Assembly (NCBI GenBank): GCA_045600625.1
Contig: JAZRYF010000011.1
Location: 8,964 to 72,963 of the forward strand
Direction: 5' to 3'
Source of the DNA: Saccharofermentans sp.
GTDB lineage: Bacteria > Bacillota > Clostridia > Saccharofermentanales > Saccharofermentanaceae
Length of the DNA stretch: 64,000 nucleotides
Shown here piece by piece: positions 17,375-27,092 of this stretch (its first letter is position 1; each line of letters opens with the position of its first letter). The notes beneath the pieces were generated by a model, which made no database searches, had not been told where the DNA came from, and was given only the letters and a program-made list of their open reading frames with translations. A program made the position numbers and the translations under genes.

Positions 17375-18598
17375 ATGGAAAAAGTAATTTTGGCTTATTC
17401 CGGCGGACTTGACACAACAGCTGTAATTCCATGGCTTAAGGAAACTTACGGATATGAAGTAATCTGCTGCTGTATCGACTGTGGTCAGGGCGAAGAATTA
17501 GACGGACTCGAAGAGCGTGCTCAGCTTTCTGGTGCTTCTAAGCTTTACATCGAAGATGTTGTAGATGATTTCGCAGAGAACTATATCATGCCCTCCGTTC
17601 AGGCTGGTGCTGTATATGAGCATAAATATTTGATGGGTACAGCTATGGCTAGACCTGTTATTACTGCCAAGTTAGTTGAGATTGCTCGTAAGGAAAACGC
17701 TGTTGCTATTTGCCACGGTGCTACTGGTAAGGGTAATGATCAGATTCGATTTGAGCTCGGTATCAGAGCATTAGCTCCTGACATCAAGGTTATAGCTCCA
17801 TGGCGTGACGACAGATGGCAGATGGATTCCCGTCAGGCTGAGATTGACTATTGTAAGGCTCATGGTATTGACCTTCCATTCAGCACAGACCAATCCTACA
17901 GCCGTGACAGAAATCTCTGGCACATCAGCCACGAAGGTCTTGAACTTGAAGATCCTTCTAAGGCTCCTAACTATGATCATATGCTTGTTTTAGGTGTTAC
18001 ACCAGAGAGAGCACCTGAAGAAGGCGAAGAACTCACAATCACATTCGACAAGGGTATGCCAACATCCCTTAACGGTGAAAAGATGAAGGTTGCTGATATT
18101 ATACGTAAGCCCAATGCTAACGGTGGCAAGCATGGTATTGGTATCGTTGATATCGTTGAAAACCGAGTTGTTGGTATGAAGAGCCGTGGTGTTTATGAGA
18201 CACCTGGTGGAACAATCCTTATGGAAGCACATCAGCAGCTCGAAGAGCTTGTTCTTGATCGTGATACAATCGCTCTTAAGAAAGATCTTGGCAACAAGAT
18301 GGCTGGTATCGTTTATGAGGGTAAGTGGTTTACACCTGTTCGTGAGGCTATCACAGCTTTCACAACAGTTACACAGCAGTATGTAACAGGTGAAGTTAAG
18401 CTCCGTCTTTACAAGGGTAACATTATTAAGAATGGTACTACTTCCCCATATTCTCTTTATAGTGAGTCTCTTGCATCCTTTACAACTGGTGATATGTATG
18501 ACCACCACGATGCAGAAGGATTCATCAACCTCTGGGGTCTCCCTCTTAAGGTTCGTGCTATGAAAATGAATGAGCTTAAGAACGAGAACAAGAAGTAA
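17375..18598 (+). CDS. argG: Argininosuccinate synthase
   Basis: Canonical N-terminus MEKVILAYSGGLDTT (ATP pyrophosphatase motif). AAGAAGG lies upstream of ATG 17375. The longest ORF starts at 17342, inside the ARG-box-like site. Confidence 0.95.
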   Translation: MEKVILAYSGGLDTTAVIPWLKETYGYEVICCCIDCGQGEELDGLEERAQLSGASKLYIEDVVDDFAENYIMPSVQAGAVYEHKYLMGTAMARPVITAKLVEIARKENAVAICHGATGKGNDQIRFELGIRALAPDIKVIAPWRDDRWQMDSRQAEIDYCKAHGIDLPFSTDQSYSRDRNLWHISHEGLELEDPSKAPNYDHMLVLGVTPERAPEEGEELTITFDKGMPTSLNGEKMKVADIIRKPNANGGKHGIGIVDIVENRVVGMKSRGVYETPGGTILMEAHQQLEELVLDRDTIALKKDLGNKMAGIVYEGKWFTPVREAITAFTTVTQQYVTGEVKLRLYKGNIIKNGTTSPYSLYSESLASFTTGDMYDHHDAEGFINLWGLPLKVRAMKMNELKNENKK

Positions 18599-18624
18599 TT
18601 CATTTTATTGAAGTTTAACAATAG

Positions 18625-18659
18625 GCTGCGGACTTATTGTTCGCAGCTTTTTTATTTTT
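18625..18659 (+). terminator. Intrinsic terminator/attenuator between argG and the GNAT gene
   Basis: GCTGCG, an 11-nt loop, then CGCAGC, followed by TTTTTTATTTTT. It ends 10 nt before the GNAT ATG. Confidence 0.55.
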
Positions 18660-18669
18660 GGAGAGTAAT

Positions 18670-19122
18670 ATGAAATATCGCCTAATGACGATTGATGACT
18701 ACGATGAAGTCTACAAGATGTGGATGTCGTGTAAAGGTATGGGATTTAATGATGTTGATGATTCAAAGGAAGGAATCAAAAGATACCTCGATCGTAATCC
18801 TAATACCAGTTTTGTGTCTGAACGTTTAACTTGTTGTGGTAAAATAATTACTGGTGCAATTCTTTGTGGCCACGATGGAAGACGAGGAATTATACAGCAC
18901 ACATGCGTTCATCCAAATTATCGTCATCAAGGTATTGGCGAAGAATTAGTGGCGCATGCTCTGGAAGCTTTAAAAACTGAAAAAATCAGTAAAGTATTAC
19001 TTGTAGCGTTCAAGCATAACGAAGGAGCTAATGCTTTCTGGGAAAAACAGGGTTTTACTGTTAGAGAAGATCTTAATTACAGAAATAAAGCTTTGATTGA
19101 TTTAGTAAGAATTGATACGTAA
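18670..19122 (+). CDS. GNAT family N-acetyltransferase
   Basis: ~150 aa with the acetyl-CoA motif A (VHPNYRHQGIGEELV). GGAGAG RBS. It lies between argG and argH, and argH starts 12 nt after it. Confidence 0.85.
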   Translation: MKYRLMTIDDYDEVYKMWMSCKGMGFNDVDDSKEGIKRYLDRNPNTSFVSERLTCCGKIITGAILCGHDGRRGIIQHTCVHPNYRHQGIGEELVAHALEALKTEKISKVLLVAFKHNEGANAFWEKQGFTVREDLNYRNKALIDLVRIDT

Positions 19123-19133
19123 GGAGAACACAA

Positions 19134-20495
19134 ATGGCTAAGAAAATGTGGGCTGGCCGCTTTGAAAAGGCAACTGATAAGGACGTTAATGACTATAACT
19201 CTTCCCTCCCTTTTGACTCTAGAATGTACGAACAGGACATCAGAGGTTCTATTGCACATTCTCAGATGCTCGCTAAGCAGGGTATCATCTCACAGCAGGA
19301 TGCTAATGATATCTATAAGGGTATGATATCAATACTTGAAGATATTAAGACAGGTAAACTTACTTTCGACTCTGACGCTGAAGATATTCATATGTTTATT
19401 GAAGAAGAACTTACTAACAGAATTGGTGATGCTGGTAAGAGACTTCATACAGGTCGATCTAGAAACGACCAGGTTGCACTCGACCAGCGTCTCTACCTCG
19501 TAGATGAAGCACAGGGTATTTTGCAGGGTATCGATGATTTGGTAGAAGTACTTAAGGATATCGCCCTAGATAATATCTATACATATATGCCTGGCTATAC
19601 TCACCTTCAGCGTGCTCAGCCAATTACTTACGCTCACTACCTCTCTGCATATATCGAGATGTTCCTAAGAGATATTGAAAGAATTGATGCGGCAACAGCA
19701 AGAGCAAATTTTTCACCTCTTGGTTCAGGTGCTTTGGCTGGTACTACATATCCACTTGATCGTGAAGCTGTAGCTGAGGATCTTGATATGAATGGTGTTA
19801 CCTTAAATTCTCTTGATGGAGTAGCTGACAGAGACTTCGCCATCGAGTTCGCTTCTGCTATTTCAATCTTTATGATGCATGTCTCTCGTATGAGCGAGGA
19901 AATCATTCTTTACTCTTCACAGGAATTTAAGTTCTATGAGCTTGACGATGCATATTCTACAGGTTCATCTATGATGCCACAGAAGAAAAACCCTGATGTT
20001 GCTGAGCTTACACGTGGTAAGACAGGACGAGTTTATGGTGATCTTGTTTCCCTACTTGTAATTATGAAGGGACTTCCACTAACATATAATAAAGATATGC
20101 AGGAAGTTCAGGAATCACTATTTGATGTTATCGATACTGTTAAGGCTGTTCTCCCTCCTTTTACTGGTATGCTTAAGACGATGACTATTCGTAAAGATAA
20201 TATGGAAGCTGCTGCTCTTGGTGGATTTACAAATGCTACTGACTTGGCTGATTATCTTGTTAAGAAGGGCCTTCCATTCCGTGAGACACATGCAATTTCT
20301 GGAAAACTTGTTCACTATTGTATTGAGAACAATACAACTCTTGAGAAGTTACCTCTTGAGAAGCTCAAGGAAATCTCTGAAGTATTTGAAGATGATGTAT
20401 ATGATGCAATCTCACTTAAGACTTGTGTTGAAGGAAGAAGCTTAATCGGAGGCCCTGCACCAGAGACTGTTAAAGCATATCTTGAGAGCTTATAA
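19134..20495 (+). CDS. argH: Argininosuccinate lyase
   Basis: 453 aa with the fumarate-lyase signature GSSMMPQKKNPD and the N-terminus MWAGRFEK. Confidence 0.97.
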   Translation: MAKKMWAGRFEKATDKDVNDYNSSLPFDSRMYEQDIRGSIAHSQMLAKQGIISQQDANDIYKGMISILEDIKTGKLTFDSDAEDIHMFIEEELTNRIGDAGKRLHTGRSRNDQVALDQRLYLVDEAQGILQGIDDLVEVLKDIALDNIYTYMPGYTHLQRAQPITYAHYLSAYIEMFLRDIERIDAATARANFSPLGSGALAGTTYPLDREAVAEDLDMNGVTLNSLDGVADRDFAIEFASAISIFMMHVSRMSEEIILYSSQEFKFYELDDAYSTGSSMMPQKKNPDVAELTRGKTGRVYGDLVSLLVIMKGLPLTYNKDMQEVQESLFDVIDTVKAVLPPFTGMLKTMTIRKDNMEAAALGGFTNATDLADYLVKKGLPFRETHAISGKLVHYCIENNTTLEKLPLEKLKEISEVFEDDVYDAISLKTCVEGRSLIGGPAPETVKAYLESL

Positions 20496-20528
20496 TAATC
20501 GTCGAGTTAAAAATGCAAGCACAATTAA

Positions 20529-20558
20529 AGGAGAGGCTTCAAAACCTCTCCTTTTTTC
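20529..20558 (+). terminator. Intrinsic terminator after argH
   Basis: AGGAGAGG, an 8-nt loop, then CCTCTCCT, followed by TTTTT. Confidence 0.7.
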
Positions 20559-20574
20559 TTAGCTTATAAACTTT

Positions 20575-21885
20575 TTATCTTTCCATAAGGAAAATCTTAG
20601 AAGAATAAGGTGGAAGTTCCGTACCACCTCCAAAATCATGAGTTGTTCCTGAAATTAATTCCTTAGCCTGTCCACATCCAGCGTCAAAATGAGCCCAATA
20701 AGAGTTAGAATCCATATTGATAGCAACCATAACTCTCTGGTCACCACAGTTACGCTCAAAGATACACTGTTTATTTGTAAGAACTACATTACGAAGACCA
20801 CCATAATTTAACGCCTTAGAGTTCTTCTTAATCTCAGAAAGCTTAGCTATATGGTCAGTTAGTTCATTCCACTCAGGTCTTTCAAAGCAGGCTCTCAGAG
20901 CAGGATCTCCTTCTTCTTTACGTGCCTTTGTTCCCCATTCAGATCCATAATATACACATGGAATTCCTGGCATCGTATAAACCATAGTGTAAATTAGAGG
21001 AAGCTTGTTAGAATCATTAACAATTGATGCAAGTCTGGTTACATCATGGTTATCAGCAAAAGACAACAGATGAGCACCCCTGCACACAGTCCAGTCCTCT
21101 GGACCAAAAAGTCTCATAAGAGAATGCATAATCTCAAACATATTATCTGAGTTAAATGCAGAATACAGGCCCTTATAGCACTGATAATTAGTAAGTGAAT
21201 GTAAATGCATCTCATTAAGCATACGTCCATACTCACCGTGGAGAACCTCACCTAATAAAAAGAATTCATTTTTCTTCCAGTCACAGTGCTCACGAAGTCT
21301 TCTTAAAAATTCATGGTCCAAACAATAAGCTACATCAAGTCTTAAACCATCGATATCAAAATAATCAATCCAAAAGCTAACCTTATCCAAAATATGATTA
21401 ATTACATCAGGATGGCGAAGATTAAGTTTTACAAGATCATAGTTTCCTTCCCATCCTTCATACCATAAACCATCGTTATAGTTTGAATTACCATCAAAAG
21501 ATATATGGAACCAGTCTTTATAAGGGGAATCCCATCTCTTCTCAAGTACATCCTTAAAAGCCCAGAAGCCGCGTCCTACGTGATTAAATACACCATCAAG
21601 AACAACCTTAATATCATTCTTGTGAAGCTCATCAACTACCTTCTTAAAATCTTCATTAGTTCCAAGTCTAGTATCAATAACGCCGTAATCTCTTGTGTTA
21701 TATCCATGCGTATCAGATTCAAATACAGGTGAAAAATAAATAGCATTAATACCAAGCTTTTTGATATGAGGAATCCAATCAATTACCTTGAGAATTCTAC
21801 TTGCTGGAACACCATCATTCTCAAAAGGTGCACCACAGAACCCCAAGGGATAGATTTGATAAAAAACGGCTTCTTCATGCCACAT
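20575..21885 (-). CDS. GH13 alpha-amylase family glycosidase (cytoplasmic)
   Basis: Conserved GH13 regions are present: DGVFNH, GLRLDVAY, LLGEVLH, FADNHD. There is no signal peptide. The start is ATG 21885 behind GGAGG (MWHEEAVFYQIYP). Confidence 0.9.
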   Translation of the reverse strand: MWHEEAVFYQIYPLGFCGAPFENDGVPASRILKVIDWIPHIKKLGINAIYFSPVFESDTHGYNTRDYGVIDTRLGTNEDFKKVVDELHKNDIKVVLDGVFNHVGRGFWAFKDVLEKRWDSPYKDWFHISFDGNSNYNDGLWYEGWEGNYDLVKLNLRHPDVINHILDKVSFWIDYFDIDGLRLDVAYCLDHEFLRRLREHCDWKKNEFFLLGEVLHGEYGRMLNEMHLHSLTNYQCYKGLYSAFNSDNMFEIMHSLMRLFGPEDWTVCRGAHLLSFADNHDVTRLASIVNDSNKLPLIYTMVYTMPGIPCVYYGSEWGTKARKEEGDPALRACFERPEWNELTDHIAKLSEIKKNSKALNYGGLRNVVLTNKQCIFERNCGDQRVMVAINMDSNSYWAHFDAGCGQAKELISGTTHDFGGGTELPPYSSKIFLMER

Positions 21886-21904
21886 ATTGTTTGCCTCCAA
21901 ATAA

Positions 21905-21941
21905 ATAATAACGAAGTACTTAAAAAGCACTCCGTTATTAT
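21905..21941 (-). terminator. Long hairpin between the UPF0210 gene and the GH13 gene (probable terminator)
   Basis: ATAATAACG (21905-21913) and CGTTATTAT (21933-21941) form a perfect inverted repeat, extended by AGTACTT/AAGCACT. On the minus strand the stem is followed by TTATTT. Confidence 0.45.
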
Positions 21942-22031
21942 ATCAATCTTAAATTGTAGATTTTTATGCAAAAACCAACGTTTACACGGTCTTTACATAA
22001 TAGAAATATGTTAACTAATAATTGATAATAA

Positions 22032-23390
22032 TTAGTTACGCATACTATGAATTGGTGCAGGAATTCTACCGCCTCTGTGGATAAATTCAGCACATGAAGC
22101 ATTATTAACAGCCATAATTGGTGCACTACCAAGAAGACCACCAAATTCAACCATGTCACCAACATCCTTGCCTGGAACTGGAATAAGTCTTACTGCGGTT
22201 GTCTTATTATTGAATGTACCAAGAGCCATCTCATCAGCGATAATTCCTGAAATAGTCTCAGCTGTTGTAGAACCAGGTACAGCAATCATATCAAGACCTA
22301 CAGAGCATACACATGTCATTGCTTCTAGTTTTTCAAGCTTCAATGATCCAGACATAGCAGCTGCAATCATTCCTTCATCCTCAGAAACAGGAATAAAAGC
22401 ACCGGATAAACCACCTACATATGAAGAAGCCATAATTCCGCCCTTCTTAACTGCATCATTAAGCATTGCAAGAGCAGCAGTTGTACCCCATGTACCACAT
22501 TCTGCAAGACCAAACTCTTCAAGAAGTCTGGCAACAGAGTCACCTACGGCCGGAGTTGGAGCCAAAGAGAGATCAATAATACCGAATGGAACATTAAGTC
22601 TCTGAGAAGCTTCACGAGCAACAAGCTCACCTACACGAGTAATCTTAAATGCTGCCTTTTTAATAGTCTCAGCGACAGTTCCCAAGTCCTGGCCTCTTAC
22701 GGCTTCCAAAGCAGTCTTAACAACACCAGGACCTGAAATACCAACATTGATAACACACTCTGGTTCACCTGGACCTAGGAAAGCGCCAGCCATAAATGGG
22801 TTATCTTCAGGTGCATTGGCAAATACTACAAGCTTGGCGCAGCCAAGGGCATCATTATCCTTGGTAAGTTCAGCTGTCTTCTTAATAATTCTACCCATAT
22901 CAGCAACAGCATCCATATTGATACCAGTTCTTGTGGAAGCAAGATTAACAGATGAACATACGAACTCTGTAGATGCCAAAGCCTCAGGAATAGATTCAAT
23001 GAGATTCTTATCAGCGTTGGTATAGCCCTTCTGGACTAATGCTGAGAAACCACCAACGAAGTTAACACCACAAGCCTTGGCAGCTCTGTCCAAGGTCTTT
23101 GCAAATGGAGTGTAATCAGTTGCACCACATGCTGCAGCAACAATAGAAATAGGTGTTACAGAAATTCTCTTATGAATAATTGGTACACCGTACTTCTTAG
23201 AGATAGCTTCTCCTGTAGCAACCAGATTACCTGCATATCTGCAAATCTTGTCATAGATTTTATTACAGGACTCTTCAACAGTAGAAGCAGCACAGTCCAT
23301 AAGAGAAATACCCATTGTTATAGTTCTGATGTCCAAGTGCTGCTCGTTGAACATCTTCATTGTCTCTAATATTTCAAAATCAGTAATCAT
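22032..23390 (-). CDS. UPF0210 (DUF711) family protein
   Basis: 452 aa. The N-terminus [22 protein letters not shown] is typical of UPF0210. It overlaps the stop of the preceding small ACT protein gene by 4 nt. Confidence 0.85.
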   Translation of the reverse strand: MITDFEILETMKMFNEQHLDIRTITMGISLMDCAASTVEESCNKIYDKICRYAGNLVATGEAISKKYGVPIIHKRISVTPISIVAAACGATDYTPFAKTLDRAAKACGVNFVGGFSALVQKGYTNADKNLIESIPEALASTEFVCSSVNLASTRTGINMDAVADMGRIIKKTAELTKDNDALGCAKLVVFANAPEDNPFMAGAFLGPGEPECVINVGISGPGVVKTALEAVRGQDLGTVAETIKKAAFKITRVGELVAREASQRLNVPFGIIDLSLAPTPAVGDSVARLLEEFGLAECGTWGTTAALAMLNDAVKKGGIMASSYVGGLSGAFIPVSEDEGMIAAAMSGSLKLEKLEAMTCVCSVGLDMIAVPGSTTAETISGIIADEMALGTFNNKTTAVRLIPVPGKDVGDMVEFGGLLGSAPIMAVNNASCAEFIHRGGRIPAPIHSMRN

Positions 23391-23671
23391 ATTCTATGCA
23401 TCCTGTCGAACAATTCTGTATGCTGAATAGCAATTGTAACGCCAAGCTCTTCTCCTAACTTGTCAAGCTGCTCCTTAATATCAGACTCTTCAATGATGAG
23501 ATCCTTAAGATCAACAAGCATAATCATTGTGAAAATATCATCAAGAATTGTCTGGGAAATATCATTAATATTAATATTGTTATCACAAAGAAGCTTAGAA
23601 ACTCCTGCAATAATACCTGTTCGGTCCTTTCCAAGAACGGAAATAACAGCTGTGTTCTTTTCTGAAGCCAT
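23387..23671 (-). CDS. ACT domain protein (UPF0237 type)
   Basis: 94 aa. [20 protein letters not shown] is a typical ACT fold start. This is the conserved partner of UPF0210. Confidence 0.85.
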   Translation of the reverse strand: MASEKNTAVISVLGKDRTGIIAGVSKLLCDNNININDISQTILDDIFTMIMLVDLKDLIIEESDIKEQLDKLGEELGVTIAIQHTELFDRMHRI

Positions 23672-23698
23672 AGTTCTTCTCCTTCAAAAATAATCAAT

Positions 23699-25237
23699 CT
23701 ATAATAACACACTTTGAGCAAGGCGATTAGCACATTTTATGCCATCTACAGCACAACTCATAATGCCTCCGGCATAACCAGCACCCTCTCCGCAAGGATA
23801 TATTCCTTCTACACTAACACTTTGCAAAGACTCTTTATCCCTAAGAATTCTAACAGGAGACGAAGATCCTGCCTCAACAGCAGTTAGTACGGCATTAGGG
23901 TCTCTAAAAAAGCTGGCCTTATGAGACATAAGTTCAATTCCCTGCTTTAGTGTCTCAACAATTCTATTATCTTCAAATACATCTGAAAAATCAGTATATG
24001 TTACGCCAGGTCTGAAACTTGGTTTAACTTCTCCCAAGCCATAAGTTTTATTGTTGCCAAGCAAGTCTCCAACAGTCATACATGGGGCTTTTCCGTTACT
24101 TCCACCTAATTCAAATGCTTTATGCTCTAATCGTTCACGATAATCAAAAAGCGCAAATACATCTTCATAGATATCCATTGGTATTACTGGAACTAAAAGC
24201 GCACTATTGGAATTCTCATTATCGCGAGCTCTATAGCTCATACCGTTAGTGCAAAGCTTGTCGGGACTACTTCCACTGGAAATAACATGTCCACCTGGGC
24301 ACATGCAAAAAGTATACAAACAACTGTCATTTGGCGTGTCTACAGAGAGTTTATAGTTAGCAGCAGAGATATTTTTATAAATCGATGTATCAAATCCATA
24401 CTGGCACATATCAACATCTATTCGCTTATGTTCAACTCTGACACCAACAGAAAACGGCTTGGCAGTCAGTGTAAGCCCTCTACTCATAAGCATTTCGAAA
24501 AGCTTCTTATCACCATGACCACCAGCAATTATCAAGCGACTACATGGTATTTCAAAGTTATCTCCTCTTACAGATATTATTCTTCCGTTCTTAATATCAA
24601 TGTCGGTTACTTTACTCTCAAATCTTACTTCACCACCTAAGGCTGTGATTTTACGTCGAAGGTTAGATACAACCTTTACAAGTACATCAGTACCTACGTG
24701 AGGATGAGAGTCATAATCGATATCGCTGTCGGCACCACATTCAATAAAAATTTTATTTATGAATGCTTTATAAGGCGATGAGATCCCTGAATAAAGCTTA
24801 CCATCAGAAAAAGTTCCAGCTCCACCCTCTCCAAACATTATGTTTGAATAAGGGTTTATTCTTCCAGTTTCCCAGGATTTTTTAATATCTTCACTTCTTG
24901 ATACAGCATCCTTGCCAGTCTCTAAAATAATTGGGCGAAGTCCATATTCAGCAAGAACCAGTCCAGCATACATACCACCAGGACCAAAACCAATGATTAC
25001 AGGTCTATCAACTGTATTAAACTTCTGCCCCTTAAGTGGCAAAGCTACGCAGTCAGGATCAGAAGTAGCTTCATCAGTGACTCGATATACTACTTTAATA
25101 TTTGGCTTTTTACGTGCGTCTATATATGATTTAGTTATATATATTTTTCTGCCTGAATGAATTCTCTTACCTATTAAAGAGATAATATCATCACAGTTTC
25201 CAATTTCTTCAGGCTTAAATACTACGTCTTTAATCAT
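23699..25237 (-). CDS. FAD-dependent oxidoreductase (COG2509-like)
   Basis: Dinucleotide-binding motif VIIGFGPGGMYAGL. The likely start is ATG 25237. The longest ORF starts at TTG 25267. Confidence 0.8.
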   Translation of the reverse strand: MIKDVVFKPEEIGNCDDIISLIGKRIHSGRKIYITKSYIDARKKPNIKVVYRVTDEATSDPDCVALPLKGQKFNTVDRPVIIGFGPGGMYAGLVLAEYGLRPIILETGKDAVSRSEDIKKSWETGRINPYSNIMFGEGGAGTFSDGKLYSGISSPYKAFINKIFIECGADSDIDYDSHPHVGTDVLVKVVSNLRRKITALGGEVRFESKVTDIDIKNGRIISVRGDNFEIPCSRLIIAGGHGDKKLFEMLMSRGLTLTAKPFSVGVRVEHKRIDVDMCQYGFDTSIYKNISAANYKLSVDTPNDSCLYTFCMCPGGHVISSGSSPDKLCTNGMSYRARDNENSNSALLVPVIPMDIYEDVFALFDYRERLEHKAFELGGSNGKAPCMTVGDLLGNNKTYGLGEVKPSFRPGVTYTDFSDVFEDNRIVETLKQGIELMSHKASFFRDPNAVLTAVEAGSSSPVRILRDKESLQSVSVEGIYPCGEGAGYAGGIMSCAVDGIKCANRLAQSVLL

Positions 25238-26438
25238 TGATAGAATCCTTAATAATTGAATCAGCAACCTTCATAGCCGATGCCCATGCCCAGTGTAAAT
25301 TATATCCTCCACAAGGACCATCAACATTTAAGAGCTCACCACAAGCATAACACTTTGGACTTTTTAATAATTCAAGATTACTGCTTAAAGCTGACATTTT
25401 AAGTCCACCCCTTGTAACCTGCGCATTATCAAAACCTAGTGTTCCAGTAACAGTTAACTTAAAACTATTAAGTGTCTTAGCTATATCAACAGGGTTACTT
25501 CCACTTCGTTTTACAACTACTTCAGCTAACTGCCTGTTAATTAAACCGGTTAACGCCAGAGGTACTGGTCTGTCAGAAAAAGAACTTATTAGTTTTCTTA
25601 CAATTTCAGTCTTCTTATCAAGCGAATACTTAGGTAAAAAATCTATTAATATATCAACAGATTTAGATGCTTTTTCTGTAAATTCATAATACTTTCTAGA
25701 GAGCTGCATTACTACTATTCCTGACACACCGTAGTCAGTGAATAGTATTTCACCTTCCTCGATAAAGTCTTCGAGTGTAACCGTGCATTTAAAACGATTA
25801 CCAGACAAAGTCTTAATATCGCTATCTGATGTCTTAAAAGGAACCAATGCAGGTGTAATTTTGGTAAAACTATCGCTTCCAGCAAGCTTTTTAACTACTG
25901 AAAATAAAGAACCATCACTACCAGTAGAAGGAGCAGCTGCACCACCAACAGCAAGAACAAGATTATCAGCGGTATAACTGCCACTTTTAAAGCATACTTC
26001 AAAAGAATCATCATTTTTGTTTACTGAAGTAACAGTCTCTGTAATTATTGTGATTCCTTCACAATAAAATCTAATACAGTCTAAAACTGTAGCTGCTTTA
26101 TATGTAACAGGATATACAAGGTTATCGATACTATCAGTTACCAAACCAAGATTATCTTCAAAGAAAGACAATACTCTGTTGACATCAAATTCAGAAAGAA
26201 TCATATCAATCTTATGAGTGTCATCACTAAAATAATCATTTGAGCTCGCGCTTAAATTTTCAAGATTACATCTGCCATTACCAGTAGCAAGAATCTTTTT
26301 ACCGACACGAGTATTTTTCTCAATTATACAAATATTAAGAGATTTGTTCAGAGAGCATAGATAAGCGGCACACATCAAACCTGCCGCGCCGCCACCAATA
26401 ATAATTACATCAAAATTATTCTTCATCAGACTGATCAA
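25230..26438 (-). CDS. HI0933/BaiN-like flavoprotein (aminoacetone-oxidase family)
   Basis: 402 aa with DVIIIGGGAAGLMCA and a C-terminus typical of the HI0933-like family. An alternative start is ATG 26426. Confidence 0.8.
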   Translation of the reverse strand: MISLMKNNFDVIIIGGGAAGLMCAAYLCSLNKSLNICIIEKNTRVGKKILATGNGRCNLENLSASSNDYFSDDTHKIDMILSEFDVNRVLSFFEDNLGLVTDSIDNLVYPVTYKAATVLDCIRFYCEGITIITETVTSVNKNDDSFEVCFKSGSYTADNLVLAVGGAAAPSTGSDGSLFSVVKKLAGSDSFTKITPALVPFKTSDSDIKTLSGNRFKCTVTLEDFIEEGEILFTDYGVSGIVVMQLSRKYYEFTEKASKSVDILIDFLPKYSLDKKTEIVRKLISSFSDRPVPLALTGLINRQLAEVVVKRSGSNPVDIAKTLNSFKLTVTGTLGFDNAQVTRGGLKMSALSSNLELLKSPKCYACGELLNVDGPCGGYNLHWAWASAMKVADSIIKDSIND

Positions 26439-27081
26439 GTAATCTTAAAGCTCTGATATATTTACTGTCATCAAATAACTTAGCATCAGTATTATCAATA
26501 ATAAACTGAGCCATATCCTTAAGATCTACAACATCACCAGACTCAAGTTCCAACTCAAGTTCACAAATCTCTTCTTTCTTATTGCCAGCTGTGATAACAC
26601 CTACATCAAAGCATGCTTCCATAATGGAGTCACCAAATCCAAAAGTATATGTTGTTCGCTCACAATAAGTAGAGCATAAAGCAACAAGATCATCATTCTT
26701 AATATCACCAAGGGCGTCTTCAAGAATCTCACTTGGATCATCATCACTTCTTACAGAAGCTGCCTTAAAACTATCAACATCAAAAGAATCTTCTTCTGAA
26801 TCTACATTCCACTCATAGCGCTGATGTAATCCATTAACTACGGACCCACCAAATTTAACGGTGTGCTCATAACGTTCACCATCTTCATCTTCATAAAGAC
26901 GAACGCGAACAGAAGTACCCTTAGCTTTAAGAATTCTGTCCTTAGTATCGTAGTAAGTATTTGTAAGCTTAACTGGTTCCTTCTCACCTGCATCCAGACA
27001 ATAATCAACAAACCACTCAGCGTTAATAACGGCCATTAATTCTTCTTTGCTTTTAAAAGCAAGTTTTATTTCAGTTTCCAT
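26416..27081 (-). CDS. CYTH domain protein (triphosphate tunnel metalloenzyme)
   Basis: 221 aa with an N-terminal ExExK motif (METEIKL) and a beta-rich acidic pattern. Confidence 0.85.
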   Translation of the reverse strand: METEIKLAFKSKEELMAVINAEWFVDYCLDAGEKEPVKLTNTYYDTKDRILKAKGTSVRVRLYEDEDGERYEHTVKFGGSVVNGLHQRYEWNVDSEEDSFDVDSFKAASVRSDDDPSEILEDALGDIKNDDLVALCSTYCERTTYTFGFGDSIMEACFDVGVITAGNKKEEICELELELESGDVVDLKDMAQFIIDNTDAKLFDDSKYIRALRLLDQSDEE

Positions 27082-27092
27082 AACTCCCCTAA

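Noticed and set aside
17990-18508. 172-aa minus-strand ORF inside argG. Similar long shadow ORFs occur at 22153-22605, 50707-51201, 55853-56317 and 61854-62333.
   Set aside because: All lie fully inside strongly supported genes, either antisense or out of frame. They have low-complexity, Cys- or Leu-rich translations. These are classic shadow ORFs.
21973-21986. cre (CcpA) site TGTAAACGTTGGTT (minus strand) upstream of the GH13 gene
   Set aside because: It matches TGNAANCGNTNN but lacks the conserved C in the 3' half. It cannot be separated from chance in an AT-rich spacer without a scoring matrix.
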